From positions 46,081 to 110,080 of the forward strand of contig JBOHQS010000001.1 in assembly GCA_050732295.1 (NCBI GenBank): 64,000 bases of DNA. The letters run 5' to 3'. The stretch comes from Candidatus Methylomirabilales bacterium. Lineage in GTDB: Bacteria > Methylomirabilota > Methylomirabilia > Methylomirabilales > CSP1-5. Each line of letters starts with the position of its first letter. The first letter of the stretch is position 1. Positions 38,067 to 46,686 of the stretch are shown here, one piece after another. Under the pieces are notes generated by a model. It did not search any database, had not been told where the DNA came from, and worked only from the letters and a program-made list of their open reading frames with translations. A program made the translations under genes and the position numbers.

Positions 38067-38915
38067 TTATGCGCTTGATTCTACGGTATGCCCGTGCTGG
38101 AGGAAATTGACAGCTCGCACGAGGTCTTCCGGCGTCCCAATGTCCAGCGGAGGACTGTCGGACACAGGTATTCCCTCCACACACAAGCCATTCTCAATTG
38201 CTGCTTGGATAACATCGCCAAGAAACAATTCCGTCCTCAGTGGTTCCGATTTTTCCACAACGCCCAAATACTCGTGCATGAAGTTCGTAAAGGCTGGCGT
38301 CCACACTGCGATCATCCAACTATGGGTCAATTCGGTGTCGCGCGTCTTTATAACTATTTGTCGTACCCGACCGGCATGGTCCAGTTCTACCATATCTCCC
38401 TTCTCGGGCTGATCATCGGGAAAAAGTCCCAACACAACATCGGCGCCGCTTGCCTGTTGCTGCGCTAGTATCCGAACGTAGACATCCTCTGGCTCAAGAA
38501 GAACGTCGGGAAAGCCCACAGCGACGAGTTTGTCCTTCACAAAGGCGTGCGCTTGATCTAGGGTGTAAGGGACACCATACGGTAGGTTCATCATTAGATA
38601 CGCCAGATGCATATCTGCCAGAGCGCCATCACCTAAATAGGCCGGAATGTCCCACTTCCCCTCCCGCAGGATTATGTAGGCCTCTGTAATCCCGGCGAGT
38701 CGCATTTTTTCTAGCAAATAGTGACAGATAACCTTCGGACGTACAATGTGATCTCCATCAACATCCCGAAAGCCGATAGGATACAATTCTTTGCTGCAGG
38801 GTAATGGACTAATTCGCGTCGCATGCCCCGCTGCTGGGATCAGCCCAATAACTTCACGGCTTACCTTTGGGGGGCCATGATCCCTCATAGCTCGGTTCAT
38901 TTCCATATCTTCCAC
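38067..38915 (-). CDS. sugar-phosphate nucleotidyltransferase (RmlA/GalU-like fold)
   Basis: 282 aa, with VIGLIPAAGHATRISPLPCSKELYPIG. The start is uncertain: the ATG at 38900 would give an ATGA overlap with the rfbF stop. Confidence 0.7.
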   Translation of the reverse strand: MEDMEMNRAMRDHGPPKVSREVIGLIPAAGHATRISPLPCSKELYPIGFRDVDGDHIVRPKVICHYLLEKMRLAGITEAYIILREGKWDIPAYLGDGALADMHLAYLMMNLPYGVPYTLDQAHAFVKDKLVAVGFPDVLLEPEDVYVRILAQQQASGADVVLGLFPDDQPEKGDMVELDHAGRVRQIVIKTRDTELTHSWMIAVWTPAFTNFMHEYLGVVEKSEPLRTELFLGDVIQAAIENGLCVEGIPVSDSPPLDIGTPEDLVRAVNFLQHGHTVESSA

Positions 38916-39670
38916 GGAGGATTACCAGACACCCACAGCTCCTCAAGAAAATTCTTTTCCTTTAGCGTATCCATGCATGACCAAAATCCATAATGCCGAT
39001 AGCCCATAAGTTGCCCATCGTGTGCAAGTCGTTCTACTGACTCACGCTCCCAAATCGTCTCATCGCTGTCGATGTAATCAATAACCTTTCGATTCAGCAC
39101 GAAAAACCCCCCATTGATCCAGCCCTCACTGCTTTCAGATTTCTCATAAAACTCGGTCACCAGGTCATCCTTAAATGTGAGTCGTCCAAACCGGGCAGGC
39201 GGGCGTACTGTGGTAACTGTTGCCAGTTTTCCATGTTCGTTGTGGAATTTCAGCAAAGCGGTAATATTGAGGTCCGCCACCCCGTCTCCGTAGGTAAACA
39301 TGAAGGTGTCGTCACTCTCCAGCCACTGTTGCAATCGCTTGAGGCGCCCACCAGTCTGGGTGTATAAGCCGGTATCGACTAGGTGGATTCTCCAACTCGG
39401 TTGATTGCCATCGTGAATCGTGGTTTCCCCACTCGAGAGGTCAACCGAGATGTCGTTATTGAGGGCATAAAAGTTAAGGAAATATTCTTTGATAATCTCT
39501 CCTTTGTATCCAAGGGCGATTATAAACTCTGTTATGCCGTTAGCTGCATAGATATTCATAATGTGCCATAGTATGGGCTTCCCGCCAATTTCCACCATTG
39601 GCTTTGGCTTCAGGATTGTCTCTTCGGATAACCGAGATCCAAAACCACCGGCCAGGATAATTGCTTTCAT
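38897..39670 (-). CDS. rfbF: glucose-1-phosphate cytidylyltransferase
   Basis: The sequence MKAIILAGGFGSRLSEETILKPKPMVEIGGKPILWHIMNIYAANGITEFIIALGYKGEIIKEYFLNF is classic RfbF. The preferred start is the ATG at 39670, preceded by GAGAGGAAAATTC, which gives 257 aa. The ORF track extends it to 39757, across the upstream stop. Confidence 0.9.
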   Translation of the reverse strand: MKAIILAGGFGSRLSEETILKPKPMVEIGGKPILWHIMNIYAANGITEFIIALGYKGEIIKEYFLNFYALNNDISVDLSSGETTIHDGNQPSWRIHLVDTGLYTQTGGRLKRLQQWLESDDTFMFTYGDGVADLNITALLKFHNEHGKLATVTTVRPPARFGRLTFKDDLVTEFYEKSESSEGWINGGFFVLNRKVIDYIDSDETIWERESVERLAHDGQLMGYRHYGFWSCMDTLKEKNFLEELWVSGNPPWKIWK

Positions 39671-39686
39671 GAATTTTCCTCTCAGG

Positions 39687-41423
39687 TCACGCGTCCTTGA
39701 GAATTTCTGGATGTAGCTCAGCGGGGTAAATGAACTCGTCACCATTGAGTATGCCATTGCAAATCACGTCGAGACCCACGCTCCGGCCCGGCAACAGGTC
39801 ATCAATACCAGACAACTCAAGCTTGAAAGGCGGCCAACCAGAAGTTGGCACCATAAAAGGCAAAGGAATCCCCATGCGGCGGAAGAAGAAATGGTAGGCA
39901 TACTTCCGCGCCCGTTGGGTAACCGCCTCACTCAGCCTCTCTTTCAGAGGCAGCCGATCCAACAGTTTGAAGTATTCTTCATGAGAGCTGGCATCCAAGG
40001 TCACGCCCTTGTTGCGGATCCACGCCTCTCCGGCAACGATCACAGGAATACCCATGCTTGCTAACTCAACGCCGGTCTGGGTACCGTAGATGATCACGGT
40101 GTCGCATTTCAACATGGTGGCATAGGTACTGATCGTGCTATCGGGCGGAATGATAAAGACATTCTTTGGCAATGTGGGAAAAGCCTGCTTGATCTCATCT
40201 ATAATTGGCTGGCGCGAAAGGTGGGTCCCGCGTACTTCGGCGGGATGCACGCGAACAATGAGTTGCAAGTCCGCGCGATCGGAGAAGTAACGAATTGTTT
40301 CCAGCGCCCACTCCAACATGTTACGGAATGCAGTTCCCCGATACAAGACTTGACCTTCCCACACGATGTTGGTCAGCATCCCGATACACGGCTTAGAGAA
40401 ATCTATGCCAAACTTCGCAGCGATAGCAGAGACGTCATCCTGTGGGGTTTCCACATACGAGAGCCAGTCATGAGTTCCATACCAGCGGCTTTTAACATAG
40501 TTCAGTATCTCCGCCTCCATCTCTGGCGTCCAGGTCATGTTCTCCCAGTACGTTGTTGGCTCAAACAATAGAGTGTGGTGGAAAGATTTATGATGACTGA
40601 AAACGAACGACTGCTTGCGGTAGGCCGCATTCCAGTTCACAACCCGCACCTTTTGTTCGCGAGCTACCTCACCGATCGAGCCTATAGGGACATACAATCC
40701 GTCGATGGCACATACACATGTAAAGGAGATGGTGTTCATCAGGCGGTGAGACGCGAACGCTGTCAGCAATGATGCATTGAAGTAGCGGCGCAATACAGCT
40801 TCCCCAAGCGGCACACCCTCCAGGTTGCCCCGCACGTAGAAACGCAACGCACCAGCAAGTGCGTGTTTACCTACTGCCACACCGTCCAAACGGTATTCTT
40901 CAATCTCAGTAATCGGAAGATGTGACGACACATCACGAGCCTTTTCAAATTCCTCAGTCGAGATAAACTCGCTGTAGCGATGAGTCGGCAGGCCAAAGGA
41001 CTCAAACGTCTTATGCGATGGAGAGAAACATGTCCCACACAGACGCCGCGATGGACCGAACTTGACAAGCTCCTCTGGCTGTAGATTATCGATGTTAGAG
41101 GCCGAGCAAGCGGGTAGGGCCTGGTCACAAAGTAGTATATGGACCCACGCTCCACGTAACGTCAAAGCCACCGCGAGCATACTGTTAACAAGAGTCGACT
41201 GAGTCTCGATGCCCGTCTGGTTTGCAAGCAGAACTCTTGGGCCATTCTTTGCAACAGCACTGGCAGATTCCCACCGAGCCGCATCCCGGGCTAAGAGACG
41301 TGCCCAATCCGGGTGCACAGACCTCCTCAATGCGGATTCCGCATGCGGATACAGCCCCAGGGATATTAATATTCTTTTCACCCTGGCTTTCACTGGCCGA
41401 GGCACCAGGGCCTTTATCATCAT
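39687..41423 (-). CDS. capsule-polysaccharide-biosynthesis-like protein (KpsS/KpsC, PF05159-like C-terminal region); putative glycosyltransferase
   Basis: 578 aa. The C-terminal part has VRVHPAE...IIPPDSTISTYATMLKCDTVIIYGTQTGVELASMGIPVIVAGEAW. The family call is from motif resemblance only. Confidence 0.5.
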   Translation of the reverse strand: MMIKALVPRPVKARVKRILISLGLYPHAESALRRSVHPDWARLLARDAARWESASAVAKNGPRVLLANQTGIETQSTLVNSMLAVALTLRGAWVHILLCDQALPACSASNIDNLQPEELVKFGPSRRLCGTCFSPSHKTFESFGLPTHRYSEFISTEEFEKARDVSSHLPITEIEEYRLDGVAVGKHALAGALRFYVRGNLEGVPLGEAVLRRYFNASLLTAFASHRLMNTISFTCVCAIDGLYVPIGSIGEVAREQKVRVVNWNAAYRKQSFVFSHHKSFHHTLLFEPTTYWENMTWTPEMEAEILNYVKSRWYGTHDWLSYVETPQDDVSAIAAKFGIDFSKPCIGMLTNIVWEGQVLYRGTAFRNMLEWALETIRYFSDRADLQLIVRVHPAEVRGTHLSRQPIIDEIKQAFPTLPKNVFIIPPDSTISTYATMLKCDTVIIYGTQTGVELASMGIPVIVAGEAWIRNKGVTLDASSHEEYFKLLDRLPLKERLSEAVTQRARKYAYHFFFRRMGIPLPFMVPTSGWPPFKLELSGIDDLLPGRSVGLDVICNGILNGDEFIYPAELHPEILKDA

Positions 41424-41472
41424 TTGAGAATCACCCCTCTATCTAGACACAAATGTAGCCTTTGATACTCAC

Positions 41473-42660
41473 CTAGCCCTCAGTCTCGACTTCATCATAA
41501 AATCTCCCGCCTAACACTCCCGCCACCACTAAATCCTGAAACTGCTTTTGCCGAGGTGTATCCCACAGTTTCCCATTTCGAAGCTGCTGCACAAAAAGCC
41601 TAGCACTATCGCCATTCCCAAAATACCTCGACACCATACCTCTCTTCGGCAAGTCGTTCAACGCGTGCAAAATTCCCTCCCGGCTTTCTTGCACGTTCAT
41701 TATCGACGCGTGACTAAATCGGTTCATCTGCCGGCTGCCAATATTCACCACCGGCACCCCATATACGGGAGCCTCCCGAATCCCTGCACTCGAATTCCCC
41801 ACAATCGCAACGGCGTTTTTCAAAAGCGTGAGAAAGTACTCAAATCGCATCGATGGAAGTGCCCGAAATCGTCCATTATTTTCAAAGCGTTTAAGAGCTT
41901 CCATAATAATGTCCGCGCCCGTATCGTTGTTTGGATAGATCAAAACAAAATTCAACCCGGACGCCTCCACGGCGTCTAAAATGACTTCAATACGTTTGGG
42001 AAGCAGATGCACCTCGGTCGTTACCGGATGATAAGAGAAGATGCCATATTCTCGGAAATCGATCTCATATCTCTCCTTCACCTCTGACAGACTGGGAAGC
42101 GTATCGGAAAGCATTATATCAATGTCCGGCGACCCAATAACGAAAATCGATCCGGGCACTTCACCCATTTGAATAAGGCGTTTGCGGGCCGCCTCATTCG
42201 AAACAAAGTGTAGGTGTGACAGTTTCGTGACAGCGTGACGAATCAACTCATCAACCGTACCAGACACCTCGCCCCCCTCAATATGACCCACAAGGATGTT
42301 ACTCAATGCGCCCACAATGGCCCCGGCAAGCGCCTCAATACGATCACCATGGACCACGATGAGATCGGCTGGAAATTCCCGAAGATAGTGTCCCAAACCC
42401 TGAATCGTATTTGCGAGCGCAATATCCATCTGCGAATTGATTGAACCGTCTTGATTAATATGTGCATAAATACGTGTGAAGCCCGCCTTGCGGATCTCAT
42501 TAACTGTTGAACCATAGCGGGCCAGCATATGCATACCTGTGACAAAAATATGAGATTCGAACTCATCTGACCTCTCGAGCTCTTCAATCAAGGCCTTCAT
42601 CTTCCCAAAGTCAGCCCGGGTTCCAGTGAGGAAGAGAATTCTCTTTCGAGACATCGTCAC
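41473..42660 (-). CDS. neuC: UDP-N-acetylglucosamine 2-epimerase (hydrolysing), NeuC type
   Basis: 395 aa, with ILFLTGTRADFGKMKALI, VTGMHML, VHGDRIEALAGA and HIEGGEVSGTVDELIRHAVTKLSHLHF. Confidence 0.85.
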   Translation of the reverse strand: MTMSRKRILFLTGTRADFGKMKALIEELERSDEFESHIFVTGMHMLARYGSTVNEIRKAGFTRIYAHINQDGSINSQMDIALANTIQGLGHYLREFPADLIVVHGDRIEALAGAIVGALSNILVGHIEGGEVSGTVDELIRHAVTKLSHLHFVSNEAARKRLIQMGEVPGSIFVIGSPDIDIMLSDTLPSLSEVKERYEIDFREYGIFSYHPVTTEVHLLPKRIEVILDAVEASGLNFVLIYPNNDTGADIIMEALKRFENNGRFRALPSMRFEYFLTLLKNAVAIVGNSSAGIREAPVYGVPVVNIGSRQMNRFSHASIMNVQESREGILHALNDLPKRGMVSRYFGNGDSARLFVQQLRNGKLWDTPRQKQFQDLVVAGVLGGRFYDEVETEG

Positions 42661-42695
42661 GGTAGAAACCCTCTATCGGCCGAGGACTCAGAAAA

Positions 42696-43730
42696 TCATT
42701 CCAGGTCGGACCATTTTATCTGACTATCCCTCGGGATATATCTTCGTACCCTTTTTCCTAACAAGCTCTCGAAATGAGCAGCCTTAATCTCGCCAGTCCC
42801 CGGTCTTTTGACCCAGATGTTATCTCTGGTAAGCTCCTCTCCAGGTTGAATGACTCGTGTGGACACAGCGCACGCATACGCAAAGTGAATGGTCGGCTGT
42901 TCCTCGGGTAGAATGTCTTTGGTTCCCGCAAGAGCCATGTAAATGGCCCGCGACCCTTCAATTAGATCTCTCAATTCAGACGGGCCAATCGAAATCGGAA
43001 CGTCTGGCCCGGGCCAGCTCTTATCCGCGGTGAAATGCTTCTCCAAAACGCTCGCCCCCAACGCTACGGCGGCAAAGCAGCTGTAATTTCCTAACGAATG
43101 ATCACTCAGGCCAATTACCGCGTCCGGGAAGTGCCTTGCCAATTCCTGCAATGCTCCCAGCCTGACTTTGTCGTACGGAGTGGGATAGATCGAGGTGCAA
43201 TGCATCAGAACAAATCGAACGTTGGCCTCCCGCAGGATTTCAACTGAGGGGGTAATGGTTGACAAGTCGTTCATCCCCGTGCTCAGAATTACGGGTTTCC
43301 CATACGATGCAATATGCCGGATCAGCGGATAATTGTTGCACTCTCCAGACCCAATCTTGTACCCACAAACCTCTATACGGTGTAATCGTTCAGCAGCAGC
43401 TCGGGAAAAAGGGGTACAGAGATAGATCATACCCTTCGCTTCGACGGATTCCTTCAGCCGAACTTCTTCTTCCTCGGACAACGCGCACCGCGACATAATA
43501 TTCCAGATGCTCTCGTTTGCATTGCCTGGAACTACGTCGTTCGGAATCATTTCGTCTTCGATGATATGGCACTGGAATTTCACACACTCACATCCGGCAG
43601 CATACGCATCGTCCACCATGCGCATAGCCTTCTCAATGTTGCCTTCGTGATTGATACCGATTTCGGCAATAACCAAAGGCGGGTGGTTCGGACCAATTGC
43701 ACGATGACCAAGGTGAACTTCAGGTGGCAT
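42696..43730 (-). CDS. neuB: N-acetylneuraminate (nonulosonate) synthase with a C-terminal SAF domain
   Basis: 344 aa, with PPLVIAEIGINHEGNIEKAMRMVDDAYAAGCECVKFQ, YKIGSGE, ILSTGM, LMHCTSIYPTP and GLSDHS. Confidence 0.9.
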   Translation of the reverse strand: MPPEVHLGHRAIGPNHPPLVIAEIGINHEGNIEKAMRMVDDAYAAGCECVKFQCHIIEDEMIPNDVVPGNANESIWNIMSRCALSEEEEVRLKESVEAKGMIYLCTPFSRAAAERLHRIEVCGYKIGSGECNNYPLIRHIASYGKPVILSTGMNDLSTITPSVEILREANVRFVLMHCTSIYPTPYDKVRLGALQELARHFPDAVIGLSDHSLGNYSCFAAVALGASVLEKHFTADKSWPGPDVPISIGPSELRDLIEGSRAIYMALAGTKDILPEEQPTIHFAYACAVSTRVIQPGEELTRDNIWVKRPGTGEIKAAHFESLLGKRVRRYIPRDSQIKWSDLE

Positions 43731-43936
43731 CCTCTACATGCCCCTGGATTTCGAACGTTTAATCAGGGAAGCGGTCGAGGGTCCTGAGTGCGGCACGGCA
43801 ACCCACCGGATACCATGTCCTTGTAGAGATCGCCTACAGGGACTACGACTGCAACGTCAAATGCTTCAAAAAGTCGAAAACGAAGATCGTACTCACGTTG
43901 TCATCCCACGCTTTGTAGCAGCACCGAACGGTCGGT

Positions 43937-44194
43937 CTATGTTCTTGGGAATATCTGGTTTAGCTCTCGAACGAGGTAATTTACCTGTTCTTCGTTGATG
44001 CCGTGCTGTCTCGCACCCAGTGCAATAGAGTCGTAGGTAGAATGGTGGCACCCGAGACAGTATAGTCCATAACGCCGCAGAATCCGTTCCGCTTGATCCC
44101 CATAAGTCTCAATCAAGTCTGCGATAACAGTCTCTTTTCCGATGGGCTTGTGGCTCAGTGGTGGCAGGTCTGCTGGTTTCTTGTAAAGCGACAC
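43937..44194 (-). CDS. DUF1858/'hybrid-cluster-protein-associated redox disulfide' domain protein
   Basis: 85 aa, with VIADLIETYGDQAERILRRYGLYCLGCHHSTYDSIALGARQHGINEEQVNYLVRELN (a CxxC pair). It has a GTG start and a 40-nt overlap with the end of the upstream Rieske/MBL gene. Confidence 0.6.
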   Translation of the reverse strand: MSLYKKPADLPPLSHKPIGKETVIADLIETYGDQAERILRRYGLYCLGCHHSTYDSIALGARQHGINEEQVNYLVRELNQIFPRT

Positions 44195-45768
44195 CAGTAG
44201 CCGATATGTGCCTCATCCCAAGATATGTTTTCACTCACGATACTTGCGAGGATACCGTAGGGGATCTCAATCATTAGATTGGGTAGGCAAGGAGAATCTT
44301 TCAAAATTCGAAGCTCTCCCGCTTCGATTGTGAACGAAACGTCAATTACCCTCGTTTCACAATTTCCCCCAATGGCTCGCAGTCTCACAGTCACATCCTC
44401 ACAAAACGCGATCTCTGGCGTCTCATTCAAACGTAGAAAATATGCTTCCACCCCGGCAGGGCTTAGGTCTGCCGAGACGGGGTAGTGTTTCTCAAATACA
44501 CGGATATCGAAGCACCGTTCCAGGTATTGCAGCTTGTAAGCAAGGTCATAAAAATGCTCTCGACAGATGCCAAGACGCGCAATGCGCTCGACCGCGATGT
44601 CCCAGCTTTCTCCGGGCAAAAGATCGATCACGTGAATGCCGGTTCCCTCAAAGCCCCGTACGACGTCGTCCAGGGTGTTCGTCCTCATCATCGACACGTA
44701 CTCGCGGTGTGAGGGATGCCAGAGTGCGAAGTGTGAGGCAAGAGGGAGCAAATACTTCGCCTTGTACAGGTCCATTGCCTCCCGCAGCATCTGAAGCATT
44801 CCTTGGCAGGCCCGTTTCATAATGTGAACCTTCTCGGCCTCCGTCAGGTGCGTCCAAGTTAATGGATAGCCCGATGCTCCTATGGAGAACTGGGATGCTA
44901 CGACATCGACAGGGGCGACAAGTGACGCGATGCGCCGGTTGAGGCCGGCGTCATTGATATTGAGAAGACGAAGGCCATCGATCTCCACCAAAACAATGGC
45001 ATCGTTCCACAAACTTCCAGGCTCGAAGCACGTAAGCTTAAAATTGTCAGATACCTCGTACATCTTGCCGAAAGTCATGGGGTACACGTTTAGGAACCCA
45101 AGCACCGCCAGACGCTCGACAAGCCGACGATTTGGAAAGTCAGGCACGTAAATGGGCGTCCTGCGTTGAAACTTTCTCAAGGTGGGTTCATGAAAATGGT
45201 CTGAGTGCTCGTGCGTAATCACAATGGCATCCGGACGCAATGTGGAGACATCTACGACAGGAGGGGGATATTGCGTCCAAGAGCCAAGGAAAGCCGGACC
45301 ACATAGCCAGGGATCCGTAAGAAGCGAAAACCCTTTATACACGATCTCGAGGCAAGCATGTGCGCGCAAGTGAATTGTCAGTTGATCTAGCCGCTTGATC
45401 CTTTGTGCCATTGGAGCGGCCGGTACCGAAGGCAAGGACACCTCGGCAAAGAGATGCCCCTCCCGAACGGTCACGGGGACAGATGACAACTTTCCGGTGT
45501 TGTTTATGCCCTTTCCTGTGGCATGTTCAAAGCGCCAGCCGTGTTGTGAGCACTCAAAATACGAACCTACATTAGCAACCTCACCTCCTTGGTGAGGGCA
45601 GACGGTGGAAAGGAGCTGATAACCTGTCTCCCCGCACACAAGATAATGCGGCCTGTTTCCCAAGAAAATCCGAGTCGGTAGCTCTGTGAAAGATGTTTCA
45701 GCACCTAGGTCGACCGGCTTGTTTTTCGGTGTCTTAGCTTCGTCTTGCCTGCTGCTCAATCTATCCAT
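44155..45768 (-). CDS. Rieske [2Fe-2S] plus metallo-beta-lactamase-fold oxygenase resembling CMP-N-acetylneuraminate hydroxylase (CMAH)
   Basis: 537 aa. The Rieske motif is CPHQGGEV...x17...CSQHGWRF and the MBL-like motif is ITHEHSDHF. Blocks recalled from animal CMAH are AHACLE (THACMD), TDPWLCGPAF (FDPWLIGPAF), PTLRKF...PIYVPD (PTLKQL...PIYVGD), GASGYP (GASGFP) and WDEAHIGYW (WDDLYIGFQ). Confidence 0.75.
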   Translation of the reverse strand: MDRLSSRQDEAKTPKNKPVDLGAETSFTELPTRIFLGNRPHYLVCGETGYQLLSTVCPHQGGEVANVGSYFECSQHGWRFEHATGKGINNTGKLSSVPVTVREGHLFAEVSLPSVPAAPMAQRIKRLDQLTIHLRAHACLEIVYKGFSLLTDPWLCGPAFLGSWTQYPPPVVDVSTLRPDAIVITHEHSDHFHEPTLRKFQRRTPIYVPDFPNRRLVERLAVLGFLNVYPMTFGKMYEVSDNFKLTCFEPGSLWNDAIVLVEIDGLRLLNINDAGLNRRIASLVAPVDVVASQFSIGASGYPLTWTHLTEAEKVHIMKRACQGMLQMLREAMDLYKAKYLLPLASHFALWHPSHREYVSMMRTNTLDDVVRGFEGTGIHVIDLLPGESWDIAVERIARLGICREHFYDLAYKLQYLERCFDIRVFEKHYPVSADLSPAGVEAYFLRLNETPEIAFCEDVTVRLRAIGGNCETRVIDVSFTIEAGELRILKDSPCLPNLMIEIPYGILASIVSENISWDEAHIGYWCRFTRNQQTCHH

Positions 45769-45864
45769 ACCTGCTCAGAAAGTGGTATCATTTCATCACA
45801 ATCGCAAAAGATCGTGCGGAATGATAGTACACACTCAAGTTTTCTGGTGACCATCACAGGGGCT

Positions 45865-46686
45865 CTACCATGCCGTCCATCCTCCGTCGACCACCAAGTT
45901 GTGTCCTGTGCAATAGGCGGAAGCAGATGAGGCAAGGTATACCACAGCGCCTCGCATCTCCTCTTCGTGTGCCATCCGACCGATTGGACTCAGCCTGGCA
46001 TAGCGGCTGACAAACGGATCACGGTGCCCATTGTACACCCCCCCGGGGGTAATCGAGTTTACACGAACTCCTTGGTCTGCCCATAATGTTGCCAGGTAGC
46101 GCGTCAGGGCGACCACACCCGCCTTACTGACAGAGTAGGCTACCGGCTGATGAATTCCGGTATCAGGGTACAAGCGATGATTCGGGCTGACGACACCATA
46201 AAGTGACGCGATGTTAATGATGCTGCCAGAGTGCTGTTCGAGCATCTGCCGGCCTACAACCTGGCAACCTAGGAAGGTTCCGCTGAGATTGACTTCAAGA
46301 ATTTGATGCCAGTCTTCCAGCGGAAAATCCACAAAAGGCGCGTTGAAGTTCGGTGAACGCGACTGGGTGGTAAAGGCTGCATTGTTGACAAGAATATCCA
46401 CGCGACCAAACTGAGACAACACGCGCTCTAGCAACGCCTGCCACGAAGCCTTTTGTGTGACATCACAGGGCAGTCCTACGGCTTGAACTGGATTCTTCGC
46501 CGCAATCTGACTGGCACGTTGGTCGCATATCTCACCCTTCAGGTCTGTCAACACGACAGTTGCTCCAAGGTCGCTGAGCGCAATGGCATGTTGCTCACCC
46601 AGTAGCCCGGCCGCACCCGTGATAATTGCTACTTGTCCATCGAGCCGGAACAGATCGGCAGTCCCCATCGCACCGTGTGGTTTCAT
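45865..46686 (-). CDS. short-chain dehydrogenase/reductase (PtmA-like, nonulosonic-acid-cluster type)
   Basis: 273 aa, with AIITGAAGLLGEQHAIAL, VNNAA and YSVSKAGVVAL. Confidence 0.8.
   Translation of the reverse strand: MKPHGAMGTADLFRLDGQVAIITGAAGLLGEQHAIALSDLGATVVLTDLKGEICDQRASQIAAKNPVQAVGLPCDVTQKASWQALLERVLSQFGRVDILVNNAAFTTQSRSPNFNAPFVDFPLEDWHQILEVNLSGTFLGCQVVGRQMLEQHSGSIINIASLYGVVSPNHRLYPDTGIHQPVAYSVSKAGVVALTRYLATLWADQGVRVNSITPGGVYNGHRDPFVSRYARLSPIGRMAHEEEMRGAVVYLASSASAYCTGHNLVVDGGWTAW

Noticed and set aside
39671-39757. N-terminal extensions in the ORF track: rfbF to 39757, neuA to 47513, transaldolase to 55582, PHP to 11545, ATP-grasp to 12680 and FemAB-like to 16505.
   Set aside because: Each extension overlaps the upstream gene and precedes the conserved family N-terminus. 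An internal ATG gives a 4-nt ATGA overlap or a good RBS (the GAGAGGA in front of rfbF) and the canonical protein length.
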